40,403 nucleotides of DNA, taken from NCBI GenBank assembly GCA_028291485.1, contig JAQGHZ010000582.1, forward strand, positions 1 to 40,403, written 5' to 3'. The DNA comes from Rubritepida sp. (GTDB lineage: Bacteria; Pseudomonadota; Alphaproteobacteria; Acetobacterales; Acetobacteraceae). A model generated the notes under the pieces. That model searched no databases. It was not told the DNA's origin and was given only the letters and a program-made list of their open reading frames with translations. The position numbers and the translations under genes were made by a program. Each line of letters starts with the position of its first letter. Positions within the stretch are counted from its first letter, which is position 1. This document shows, piece after piece, positions 18,840 to 27,116 of this stretch.

Positions 18840-19568
18840 TCAACGCGCTTCGGTGATGCCCTGGATGATCAGCGCGGCAATGGCGTGGGCGAGGCAGTCG
18901 TTCAGCCGATCCATCGCCGCCGCCATCTCGCGGCGCGGTGTGCGCTCCAGATCCAGCGCACCGGTCTCGATCCAGTGCTGCATGAGGTCGTAGCGCCGGA
19001 ACACTGGTGCCCCGGCTGCCGCGGCGATCAGCCGCAGCTTCTCGCGATAGGGCTCGATATTGGTGTTGGCCCGGAGGAAGCGGGAGAATTGCTGATCGAT
19101 GATGATCGTATCGGCGCCCCAGTCGCGGATTCGCTCGAGCCCGGCCAGCATGGCATCGGTCATCTCGTCGGGATCCATGCCGCGCACGGCCTCGACGGTT
19201 CCGGCCTGCCACAGGACCAGCGCCGGCTCCTGACCGGAGGGCGAATCGCGCAGCAAGGCGAGGTGGTCGTTGACGTTGATCCCGCGTCCGCCCCGGACGG
19301 CGACCTCCACGGCCCGCCCGGGGTATCGAAGGCCAAGCAGGGTTTGCAGCCTCGTAGGCCAGGCCGCTTCCGGCGTCGACGCGCCCGAGCCGGTGACCGA
19401 GCCCGAACCCAGCACCAGAATACGTAAGGTCCCCGTCTGCAGGGCGCGGGCGGTGGCGAAGAACGGGCGCGGCAAGGTCAGGTAGTCGGCCGGAACGTCG
19501 CAAACGGGGACCGCTCTGGCTGGAAACGCCAGAAGGAGCATGGCCAGGATCCAGGCGCTGCGTGACAT
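18840..19568 (-). CDS. exported SGNH/GDSL-fold protein, catalytically degenerate
   Basis: Signal peptide (AFPARA), LVLGSGS, LWQAGTVE; no DxxH motif; similar to the ORF at 20756. Confidence 0.8.
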   Translation of the reverse strand: MSRSAWILAMLLLAFPARAVPVCDVPADYLTLPRPFFATARALQTGTLRILVLGSGSVTGSGASTPEAAWPTRLQTLLGLRYPGRAVEVAVRGGRGINVNDHLALLRDSPSGQEPALVLWQAGTVEAVRGMDPDEMTDAMLAGLERIRDWGADTIIIDQQFSRFLRANTNIEPYREKLRLIAAAAGAPVFRRYDLMQHWIETGALDLERTPRREMAAAMDRLNDCLAHAIAALIIQGITEAR

Positions 19569-19578
19569 CGCGGTCACG

Positions 19579-20739
19579 TTAACCGGCCGCCGCGTTCGTG
19601 GGCAAGGCAGTTCCGGGCGGAGGCGCCCCGCCCCTCTGCCAGTCCGCGAGGAAGGCAACCAGCACCAGGATGCCAAGGCAGAGGATGTTGGCCGCGATCT
19701 GCATGGGCCAGGTGTCGTCGGCCTCCAGCATCAGCCGCGCCATGAAGGAGAGCAGGATTCCGAAGCAGAAGACCGGCAGGCTGTTCCGGCCCATGACCAG
19801 CAGCGGCCGGGCCCATCGCCGCCGCAGGGCGGGCGCATCGCGCGGGATGTATTGGGCGATGAGGTAGGTGATGGCCAGGACGGAGGCGAGGCGCCAGGGG
19901 TGCAGCGCCGTCTTGTCCACGGTCGCCAGGAAGGCCGGGATCGTCCCCGGCAGCCGGTCTCCGAGCGACGGGCTCCACTCGACGGCGATCATGGCGAAAA
20001 GCCCGGAACCCAGCACCAGGATCGCGGCCGAGGTGAGCCAGCCGCTGCGCTTGGGCATCGGCGGCGCCGGAGCGCCGCGGACCGCCTGGCCCAACAGGAA
20101 GCCGATGAAAAAGAGCAGCTGCCAGGCGAGCGGGTTGAAGAACCAGCCGCCCCCCTGCCAGCGCGGCAGGTTGAAATCCGCCAATCGAACGCCGATCCAG
20201 AGCACGGCCGACAGGCCGAGCAGCAGCCAGGGTTGCTTCCGCAGCGCAAGGCTCGGCAGCAGCAGGGCCAGCAGGACGATGTAGAGCGGCAGGATGTCGA
20301 GGAACGCCGGCTGGAAGCGGAGAAGCAGCGCCTCCAGCAGGGTACGATAGGGCTGTTCGGCGAAAGGGTCCAGCGCGAGCTCGTCCAGATAGGCGCTCCG
20401 GTCCAGCGTTGCGGCCGAGTAGCCGACCTGGGCTGTGAAGACCACAAGCAGGAAGATGTGGGCGACGTAGAGCTTACCGATGCGCTGCACGAGGCTGGCC
20501 GCCGCGCTCGGCCACCCAAGATGGTCCGCGCGGCCGGCATAGGCGAAAGCGCCGGCATAACCGGCCAACAGCACGAAGGCCTCGGTCGCATCGCAGAGAG
20601 CGAAGTTCTTCAGCGTGATCGCGCCCAGCCAGTTCCCGGGGGTGTGGTTGACCACGATCATCCACAGCGCGACGCCTCGGCAGATGTCGGCCCGTGGATC
20701 GCGGAGGCGGATTTTGCTGCGCGTAGCGTCCGTTGTCAT
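19579..20739 (-). CDS. opgC: OpgC family membrane acyltransferase
   Basis: RDPRADICRGVALWMIVVNH, DATEAFVLLAG, DILPLY, FNPLAWQLLF, GRNSLPVF; many TM segments. Confidence 0.9.
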   Translation of the reverse strand: MTTDATRSKIRLRDPRADICRGVALWMIVVNHTPGNWLGAITLKNFALCDATEAFVLLAGYAGAFAYAGRADHLGWPSAAASLVQRIGKLYVAHIFLLVVFTAQVGYSAATLDRSAYLDELALDPFAEQPYRTLLEALLLRFQPAFLDILPLYIVLLALLLPSLALRKQPWLLLGLSAVLWIGVRLADFNLPRWQGGGWFFNPLAWQLLFFIGFLLGQAVRGAPAPPMPKRSGWLTSAAILVLGSGLFAMIAVEWSPSLGDRLPGTIPAFLATVDKTALHPWRLASVLAITYLIAQYIPRDAPALRRRWARPLLVMGRNSLPVFCFGILLSFMARLMLEADDTWPMQIAANILCLGILVLVAFLADWQRGGAPPPGTALPTNAAAG

Positions 20740-20755
20740 TCGGGGTTAAGCTAAC

Positions 20756-21496
20756 ATGATGCGTGTCTGGCTGGGTTTCTTGATGTTGCTGGCGTCCACG
20801 ACGTCTGGCTCCGCCTCGGTGGGCGGCTGCCCACGCGTCTCCGTCAACCTGCCGCCCTTGCCGGGGTTGCGCGCGGAAATCGCGGCGCATCGCCCGGTGA
20901 CCATTGTGGCCCTGGGTTCCTCCTCCACGGAGGGCGCCGGCGCCTCGCGGCCGGAAGCGGCCTATCCGGCGCAGCTCGAGGCTCTGCTACGCAGGGCGCT
21001 GCCCGGCCATGAGATCAACGTGATCAATGCCGGGCGATCCGGCGAGACAACGACGGAGATGCTGGCGCGACTCGATCGCGATGTCCTGGCTCACCGTCCG
21101 GATCTCGTGATCTGGCAGGCCGGGGCCAATGAGGTCCTGAAGGGCTCAGATCCCGCGGCCTTCGCGGCTCAGATGCGGGTCGGCCTGACCCGCCTCGGTG
21201 ACGCCGGCGTCATCGTGGTGCTGATGGACAACCAGCGTTCGCCGCGCATCCTCCAAGCGCCGGGCAACGCTCGGTTCCCGGAGATCCTGCGCAGCCTGGC
21301 CCGCGAGTGGCGGGTGGCGCTCTTCCCACGTGGCCGGCTGATGTCGGCCTGGGCCGAGACTGGCCTGCCTGCCGCCGAGATTCTCTCGCCGGACGGCCTG
21401 CACCATAACGATCGGGGCTATGCCTGTCTTGCCGAAGCGCTCGCCGGCGCCTTGCTTGATGCGGCCGGCGTTAGAACCGTGGTTGCCGGCCGTTAG
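20756..21496 (+). CDS. exported SGNH/GDSL hydrolase family protein
   Basis: Signal peptide; blocks ALGSSST, NAGRSG, WQAGAN, DGLHHNDRGY. Confidence 0.92.
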   Translation: MMRVWLGFLMLLASTTSGSASVGGCPRVSVNLPPLPGLRAEIAAHRPVTIVALGSSSTEGAGASRPEAAYPAQLEALLRRALPGHEINVINAGRSGETTTEMLARLDRDVLAHRPDLVIWQAGANEVLKGSDPAAFAAQMRVGLTRLGDAGVIVVLMDNQRSPRILQAPGNARFPEILRSLAREWRVALFPRGRLMSAWAETGLPAAEILSPDGLHHNDRGYACLAEALAGALLDAAGVRTVVAGR

Positions 21497-21539
21497 GCGC
21501 CTAGCGCAACATACCAAGTCGAAACCGGAGATTTCCTGA

Positions 21540-21863
21540 ATGAGCGGTTTGAAGCCCCTGGCTCGCATCCATTGCCCGCCGCGGTCGGCCATGCAGTCGG
21601 GCCGGGCGAACACGCATGAATGGGTCCTCGAATACGCCCCGGCCGAGCGGCTTCGCCTGGATCCGCTGACCGGCTGGCCGGGCTCGGGCGACACGCGCAA
21701 CCAGGTCCACCTGCGCTTCCCGACGCGGGAGGCCGCGGTGGCCTACGCCGAGGCGAAGGGTATTTCCTTCGACGTGGAGAAATCGCCGCGCGCCAGACCC
21801 ATCAAGCCGAAGGTTTATGCGGACAATTTTCGTACCAATCGCGGCGAGAACTGGACCCACTGA
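21540..21863 (+). CDS. ETC complex I subunit (NDUFS4-like)
   Basis: AMQSGRA, WVLEY, DPLTGW, LRFPTREAAVAYA, YADNF. Confidence 0.9.
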   Translation: MSGLKPLARIHCPPRSAMQSGRANTHEWVLEYAPAERLRLDPLTGWPGSGDTRNQVHLRFPTREAAVAYAEAKGISFDVEKSPRARPIKPKVYADNFRTNRGENWTH

Positions 21864-21872
21864 CCCGGATTT

Positions 21873-21949
21873 GCGCCCTTAGCTCAGTTGGATAGAGCAG
21901 GAGCCTTCTAAGCTTCAGGTCGCTGGTTCGATTCCAGCAGGGCGCGCCA
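21873..21949 (+). tRNA. tRNA-Arg (anticodon TCT)
   Basis: Acceptor stem GCGCCCT/AGGGCGC, D loop TAGCTCAGTTGGATAGAGC, anticodon arm GGAGC-CTTCTAA-GCTTC, GGTTCGATTCC, encoded CCA; 77 nt. Confidence 0.98.
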
Positions 21950-22056
21950 TACTTAAAAAATGCATGCTATTCCAATTAATTTAAGCGTTGAAGTGGAACT
22001 TGCTCCTGATTTAGTACGGTCAGCCAGACATTTTTGCGAAAGACCGTACCGCCGTC

Positions 22057-22377
22057 ATGCAGGACATCACCGGCGATACAGCCATCCTCACCTTCGTGGT
22101 GAGCAATGCGCGGCGCATCGACAGCAAGACCCTCTTCGCGATGGTCGATGTGGAGGTGCAACTCGCCGGTGTCGCCTTCCTGATCCAGGGGGTACAGGCA
22201 CGACGGCTCCCGCAGGCGGGAACCTCGATCCATCTCCCGACCTTCAGGGATATCGACGGCGGTCCGAAGACGGCCATCATCCTGCCCGATGAGGTCCGCG
22301 AGCCACTGACCGACGCCGTGCTTGCCTTCCTCATGGAGGAACGCCTCGCGCGACCGCGATGCGGCAGCGCGAGCTAG
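22057..22377 (+). CDS. hypothetical protein, SpoVG-like fold
   Basis: LFAMVDVEV..FLIQGVQ..IHLPTFRD.DG..REPLTDAVL parallels the SpoVG pattern; high-GC codon style; no clear RBS. Confidence 0.6.
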   Translation: MQDITGDTAILTFVVSNARRIDSKTLFAMVDVEVQLAGVAFLIQGVQARRLPQAGTSIHLPTFRDIDGGPKTAIILPDEVREPLTDAVLAFLMEERLARPRCGSAS

Positions 22378-23180
22378 GCTTTTCCGGCGTAGCTCTTTCC
22401 CATGCCTTGTGCCGGGTCGGCCTGTGGCCCGTAGGGCATGATGGGATAGCGCAGCCCGGCCTTGGACAGCCCCTTCAGCCCCTCGACGGCTCGGGCGATA
22501 TCGGCCGGCGGGCAGGCCATCAGCATCTCGTCATCGGCCACTCCGCCATAGCGGCGCTCGGCGTAGCAGGGCAGGGAGAGGCAAACCGTCCGGTCCCGCA
22601 GCGCGCGGCCCCAGCTGTCGGCGCACGCGCTTTCGCCGGTGATGGAGAAGTCGTAACGGCGATAGTTGCGCCATTGCAGCCCGTTTATGAAAAGGATCAT
22701 CTGGGCCGGGTTGCCGTAGAAGAGGCAGACATCCGGCGGGTCGAGCCGCGCTGAACGCAGCGGCGAGACGACAAGGCCATGATACTCCGGCGGAACGCGC
22801 GGCATCTGCGCCTGATGTGCGGCCGAGGCCTCGATGTTCTCGAACCAGACGCCGTCCATCTTGCGGCCGGAGGTGTAGAGCTCGGAGGGCGCATTCAGGC
22901 CGATGACGCCGCCGCAATTGCTGAATTCCGGGACGTTGTCATGCGTGATGGCGAGGGTGAAACCGGCCATGCGGGCCTGGGTCACGAGCTGGCAGGTGGA
23001 GAAGCGCTTCCCCTCCTGCGGTCGCCGCAGGCCTGGAACGGCGTCCATCTCGGCCCGGTCGCGGAAGAGCTTCATGCCGAAGGGCAGCGTGCGCAGTCGC
23101 AGCAGATCGGAGAGCGTGTTGGCGAGCTCCGCAATGGCCGCGGCATTGGGCGTGGCTGCCTCGCTCGAACCGTCGGGCAT
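22374..23180 (-). CDS. DUF169 family protein
   Basis: LRLRTLPFGMK, STCQ, PDVCLFYGNPAQM, ESACADS, SLPCYAERRYGGVADDEM. AGGAGG RBS before ATG 23180. Confidence 0.85.
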   Translation of the reverse strand: MPDGSSEAATPNAAAIAELANTLSDLLRLRTLPFGMKLFRDRAEMDAVPGLRRPQEGKRFSTCQLVTQARMAGFTLAITHDNVPEFSNCGGVIGLNAPSELYTSGRKMDGVWFENIEASAAHQAQMPRVPPEYHGLVVSPLRSARLDPPDVCLFYGNPAQMILFINGLQWRNYRRYDFSITGESACADSWGRALRDRTVCLSLPCYAERRYGGVADDEMLMACPPADIARAVEGLKGLSKAGLRYPIMPYGPQADPAQGMGKSYAGKA

Positions 23181-23279
23181 GACATATCCTCCTTGTGATT
23201 GTTTCGAGCGTCGCACAAGCCCGCGTCGGTATAAAGCCGATCGGCAGGAAACAGGCGATGCGGCTGGGCAGGCTGAAGA

Positions 23280-23615
23280 GCGCATCCGGGCGAGCAGCTG
23301 ACCGACGTGCTGGATGCTCATAAACCCCTCGTGGTACCAGGCTGCTACAATGCACCTTCGGCCCACCTGCCAGAGGATGCCGGCTTCGAGGTGATCTACA
23401 TGCCCGGTTACGGCACCTCGCTTGGGCTGCCGGACGCGGGCCTCGCGACGGTGACCGAGATGGCGTTGAACGCGAAGATGATGGCCTCCGCCGTCTGTGT
23501 TTCTGTCATCGCCGCCACCAACATGGGCGATAGCAACGCCATGGATACGGTCCGCTGCGCGGAGGAGTTCATCCGCTTGGGCGGCAGTGCTGCTGTCATT
23601 TGGCTGGAGGACTAA
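23280..23615 (+). pseudogene. isocitrate lyase/PEP mutase (PrpB-like) family pseudogene, N-terminal third
   Basis: PLVVPGCYNAPSA, AGFEVIYMPGYGTS, LGLPDAGL are recognisable. DADTGYGN is eroded to ATNMGDSN, a stop follows LED before the KRCGH loop, and no intact start is visible. Confidence 0.85.
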
Positions 23616-23722
23616 CCATCAGCCGCCCGAGGCGTTGGAGACGTACAATCGGACCTCGGTTAGAGCCGCATGCGGCGGCCGAGTGACAAAAATAAGCCAC
23701 CATGGCCTAATGACCGTCCTGC

Positions 23723-24586
23723 ATGGATGATCTGGCCACTCACTCCCCGCCCTATGACCTGTTGCGACCGGAGCGACAGACGAGTCCGCTCGTCTTCGCC
23801 TCGCCGCATTCGGGGCGCGATTATCCCGACGACTTTCTGGCGTCGACCCGGCTGGATGCCGTTGGGATCCGGCGGAGCGAGGACGCGTTCGTGGATGAGC
23901 TTTTTGCGGCCGCCCCCTCTTTGGGCGCTCCACTTCTCGCCGCCCGCTTTCCGCGCGCCTGGTGCGACGCCAACCGCGAGCCCTGGGAATTGGACCCGGG
24001 CATGTTCGACGCGCCGCTGCCGAGCTGGGTGAACAGCGCGAGCCCGCGGGTCGGCGCCGGTCTTGGAACGATTGCGCGGGTCGTGGCCACCGGCGAGACG
24101 ATCTACCGCCATCGCCTCTCCTTCTGGGAGGCCGAGCGCCGCATCCGTTCCTGTTGGGAGCCCTATCATGCGGCCCTCGCGACCTTGATCGCCGAGACCC
24201 GAGACCGCTTCGGCCTTTGCCTCATGATCGACTGCCATTCCATGCCGGCACACCCGGCGCAGGCGCTGGACCCGCCCGATTTCGTTCTCGGCGATGTCCA
24301 CGGGACGACCTGCGCGCCGAAGGTTACGCGGGTGCTCGAGTCTGGCCTGCAGAACCTCGGATATCGTGTGCGGCGCAACGATCCTTATGCCGGGGGTTAT
24401 ATCACCCGGCACTACGGGCGCCCCCGGGAGGGCATTCACGTGATCCAGATGGAGATCGCCCGGCCGCTCTACATGGATGAACAGCACATCCGGCGCAGCG
24501 CGAACTTCGCCAAGCTCCAGGCCGATCTTTCAGGCTTGGTGGAAAGGCTCGCGGCGGAGGACTGGAAGTTCCTGACCGCGAGATAG
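23723..24586 (+). CDS. N-formylglutamate amidohydrolase family protein
   Basis: SPHSG, SEDAFVD, DANRE, PYH, DCHSM, PYAGGYIT, QMEI. Confidence 0.92.
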   Translation: MDDLATHSPPYDLLRPERQTSPLVFASPHSGRDYPDDFLASTRLDAVGIRRSEDAFVDELFAAAPSLGAPLLAARFPRAWCDANREPWELDPGMFDAPLPSWVNSASPRVGAGLGTIARVVATGETIYRHRLSFWEAERRIRSCWEPYHAALATLIAETRDRFGLCLMIDCHSMPAHPAQALDPPDFVLGDVHGTTCAPKVTRVLESGLQNLGYRVRRNDPYAGGYITRHYGRPREGIHVIQMEIARPLYMDEQHIRRSANFAKLQADLSGLVERLAAEDWKFLTAR

Positions 24587-24591
24587 CTTCG

Positions 24592-25281
24592 TCAGTAGCT
24601 TCGGATCAGCCCGATCAGCCTGCCCTGAACCTGCACCCGGTCCGGCCCGAAGATGCGGATCTCGTGGTTCCGGTTGGCGGGCTCCAGCGCGACGGAATTG
24701 CCGCGCCGCCGCAGGCGCTTCAACGTAACCTCGTTTTCGTCCACCAGGGCGACGACAATATCGCCGTTCTCCGCCGAATCGCCGCGGCGGATCACCACGG
24801 TATCTCCGTCCAGGATGCCCGCCTCGATCATGGAATCGCCGGCGACCTCGAGGGCATAGTGCTCGCCGCTTCCCAGCATGCTGACCGGCACGTCGACACC
24901 CTGTCCTTGATCACGCAAGGCCTCGATCGGGATGCCCGCCGCGATTCGGCCGAAGAGCGGAAGCGTGATCGCATTGGGTTTGTCCAGCTTCGGCGGACGG
25001 CCGAAATTCCCCTGCACGACATTCACGGCGACCTCTTCGGGGGTGTCCATGCGTGGAGGCACGGCGCTGCCGGGCAGCCGCACGACTTCCAGCGCGCGGG
25101 CACGGTGCGCACGCCGCCGTAGGAAGCCGCGCTCCTCCAGCGCAGTGATGAGCCGATGGATGCCCGATTTCGACTTCAGATCGAGCGCCGCCTTCATCTC
25201 GTCGAAGGAAGGGGAGAATCCCGTCTCCTCGAGGTGATGGTTAATGAACATGAGCAATTCATGCTGCTTCCGCGTAAGCAT
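24592..25281 (-). CDS. lexA: SOS repressor LexA
   Basis: [19 protein letters not shown] cleavage site, GDSM (Ser) and TLKR (Lys) dyad. Confidence 0.98.
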   Translation of the reverse strand: MLTRKQHELLMFINHHLEETGFSPSFDEMKAALDLKSKSGIHRLITALEERGFLRRRAHRARALEVVRLPGSAVPPRMDTPEEVAVNVVQGNFGRPPKLDKPNAITLPLFGRIAAGIPIEALRDQGQGVDVPVSMLGSGEHYALEVAGDSMIEAGILDGDTVVIRRGDSAENGDIVVALVDENEVTLKRLRRRGNSVALEPANRNHEIRIFGPDRVQVQGRLIGLIRSY

Positions 25282-25334
25282 CGAATCTGAACCTCTCCCA
25301 AAAGGGGGAACCGTGCCTCCCCCTGGGCCGGCGT

Positions 25335-25373
25335 GAACAAACCGGCAACTCGGAATTCGTTCTAGGAAGGTTC
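25335..25373. promoter_or_regulatory. two alphaproteobacterial SOS boxes upstream of lexA
   Basis: Perfect GTTC-N7-GTTC at 25359-25373 and an oppositely oriented degenerate GAAC-N7-CAAC at 25335-25349. Confidence 0.85.
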
Positions 25374-25482
25374 TCCCGAATCGGTCAATCGAATAATGGC
25401 TCCAGACCCATGTTTTGTCGGCTGCCGGGCTGCGGAACGAACCGTGCTGGCATCTCGATGCACCAACGGACAGATTGGCGTC

Positions 25483-26355
25483 ATGATTTCGGATACGACC
25501 CTTTTGGTGATCGGGCTGGGTTTCAGCGGCTCGGCGATCGCTTCCCTCGCTGCAAGCACCGGGATCCGCGTGCTGGCAACGGTGCGCGAGCCTGCCGCGG
25601 CATCAGCACCCGCCGGGGTCGAGTTGGTCGGCTTCGCGGATCCGGCGCCCTATGGCCTCGCGACGCACCTCGTCGTCACTGTGCCTCCCGATCCTATGGG
25701 CGATCCGGTCTGGACGCTCCACGAACAGGTCCTCCGCTCGGCACCCTTGCGCTGGGTCGGCTATCTTTCGACCACGGGCGTCTATGGGGATCGAGGCGGT
25801 TCCTGGGTGGACGAGACCACCCCACCAGCGCCAACTCAGGCTCGAAGCCAAAGGCGGCTGGCCGCAGAGCGTCGATGGACCGCGCTTGAGCCTCACGTCG
25901 CCGTCGACGTGTTTCGCACCGCCGGTATCTACGGGCCAGGCCGCAGCGTCATCGACGACCTGCGCGCCGGGACAGCGCGCCGGATCATCCGCCCTGGCCA
26001 CGCCTTCGGCCGGATCCATCGGGATGACATTGCGCGTGCGGTGTTGGCGGCGCTGACGAATTCGCACCAACCCGGTGTCCGCATCTTCCATCTGGCCGAC
26101 GACGAGCCTGCGGAACCGGCCGAGGTGACGACCGAGGCCGCCCGCCTTCTCGGTATGGCGCCACCCCGCAGCCTATCCTTCGCCGAGGCCTGGCGCGGAA
26201 TGAGCGAGATCGGCCGAAGTTTCTGGGCCGAAAATCGCCGCGTCTCGAACATCCGCACCAAGGCGACCTTGGGCCTCGACTGGGCCTATCCCAGCTATCG
26301 GGAAGGCCTACGCGCCATCCTCGCCGAGGAGCGCGCCCAGGGTGCGCCCAAGTAG
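25483..26355 (+). CDS. atypical SDR / NAD-dependent epimerase family protein
   Basis: [39 protein letters not shown]. Confidence 0.9.
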   Translation: MISDTTLLVIGLGFSGSAIASLAASTGIRVLATVREPAAASAPAGVELVGFADPAPYGLATHLVVTVPPDPMGDPVWTLHEQVLRSAPLRWVGYLSTTGVYGDRGGSWVDETTPPAPTQARSQRRLAAERRWTALEPHVAVDVFRTAGIYGPGRSVIDDLRAGTARRIIRPGHAFGRIHRDDIARAVLAALTNSHQPGVRIFHLADDEPAEPAEVTTEAARLLGMAPPRSLSFAEAWRGMSEIGRSFWAENRRVSNIRTKATLGLDWAYPSYREGLRAILAEERAQGAPK

Positions 26356-27057
26356 CGCAAGATTCTCCGGCGTGGAGAGCCGATGATCGCCGCCCTTGAT
26401 GAGGGTGACCTCGACGTCCTGGCTCGTGATGCGCTCCGCGATGCGCAGGCTGTGCTGCCAGGGCACGTCGGGATCGTCCTGGCCGTGCAGCAACCGGATC
26501 GGCTGACCCAGGGCGATCGGCCCACTCAGGATCAGGTGCTTCCGCCCGTCCTCGATGAGCGCGCGCGTGATGGGGTAGTCGCCGCCATAGGCGCTGGGCC
26601 TCATCCAGGCCCCGTCGCGCTGGATCTGGTCGCGGACCGCCTCCGGAAACTGTGCCCACATCAGCTCCTCCGTGAAGTCGGGCGCGGCGGCTATGCCGAT
26701 CAGGCCGGCCACGCGTTCCGGGTGGCGCAACGCCAGCAGGAGCGCGATCCAGCCGCCCATCGAGGAGCCGACCAGGATCTGCGGCCCTTCGGTCAGCTCT
26801 CCGAGGACGGCGGCCGCGTCCACGGTCCAGCGGCCGATACTCCCATCTTCGAATCGGCCGCCGGATGCGCCATGGCCGCTGTAGTCAAAGCGCAGATAGG
26901 CCCGGCCCCGGGCCGCGCACCATTCCGCGAGATAGGCCGCCTTGCTGCCGGTCATGTCGCTATGGAAGCCGCCGAGGAAGACGACTCCCGGCCCTCTCCC
27001 CTCGCATGCGCGATAGGCGAGGGGCGTGTCGCCGATGGTGCCGATGCGTTCCTGCAT
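26308..27057 (-). CDS. alpha/beta hydrolase
   Basis: FDYSGHGAS, VGSSMGG nucleophile elbow, HGQDDPDV, GDHRLS. Confidence 0.93.
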   Translation of the reverse strand: MQERIGTIGDTPLAYRACEGRGPGVVFLGGFHSDMTGSKAAYLAEWCAARGRAYLRFDYSGHGASGGRFEDGSIGRWTVDAAAVLGELTEGPQILVGSSMGGWIALLLALRHPERVAGLIGIAAAPDFTEELMWAQFPEAVRDQIQRDGAWMRPSAYGGDYPITRALIEDGRKHLILSGPIALGQPIRLLHGQDDPDVPWQHSLRIAERITSQDVEVTLIKGGDHRLSTPENLALLGRTLGALLGEDGA

Positions 27058-27116
27058 GACCGTCGGATGGCATGCATGGTTGCCGTCGTCCATGCCCGGG
27101 ATTAGCAACGCGCCAT

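Larger units (their letters stand above)
21950..23700. mobile_element. putative degraded genomic islet downstream of tRNA-Arg(TCT)
   Basis: Abrupt AT-rich tract after CCA, an orphan ORF and a pseudogene. No integrase or att repeat seen; right boundary approximate. Confidence 0.45.

Noticed and set aside
21960-22292. ORF 21960-22292 and minus-strand ORFs 21976-22233 and 22020-22334
   Set aside because: They overlap the more protein-like ORF 22057-22377 and extend into the AT-rich tract after the tRNA.
26308-26355. 48-bp convergent overlap of the SDR and alpha/beta hydrolase genes
   Set aside because: Short tail-to-tail overlaps are common in compact high-GC genomes, and both proteins look complete.
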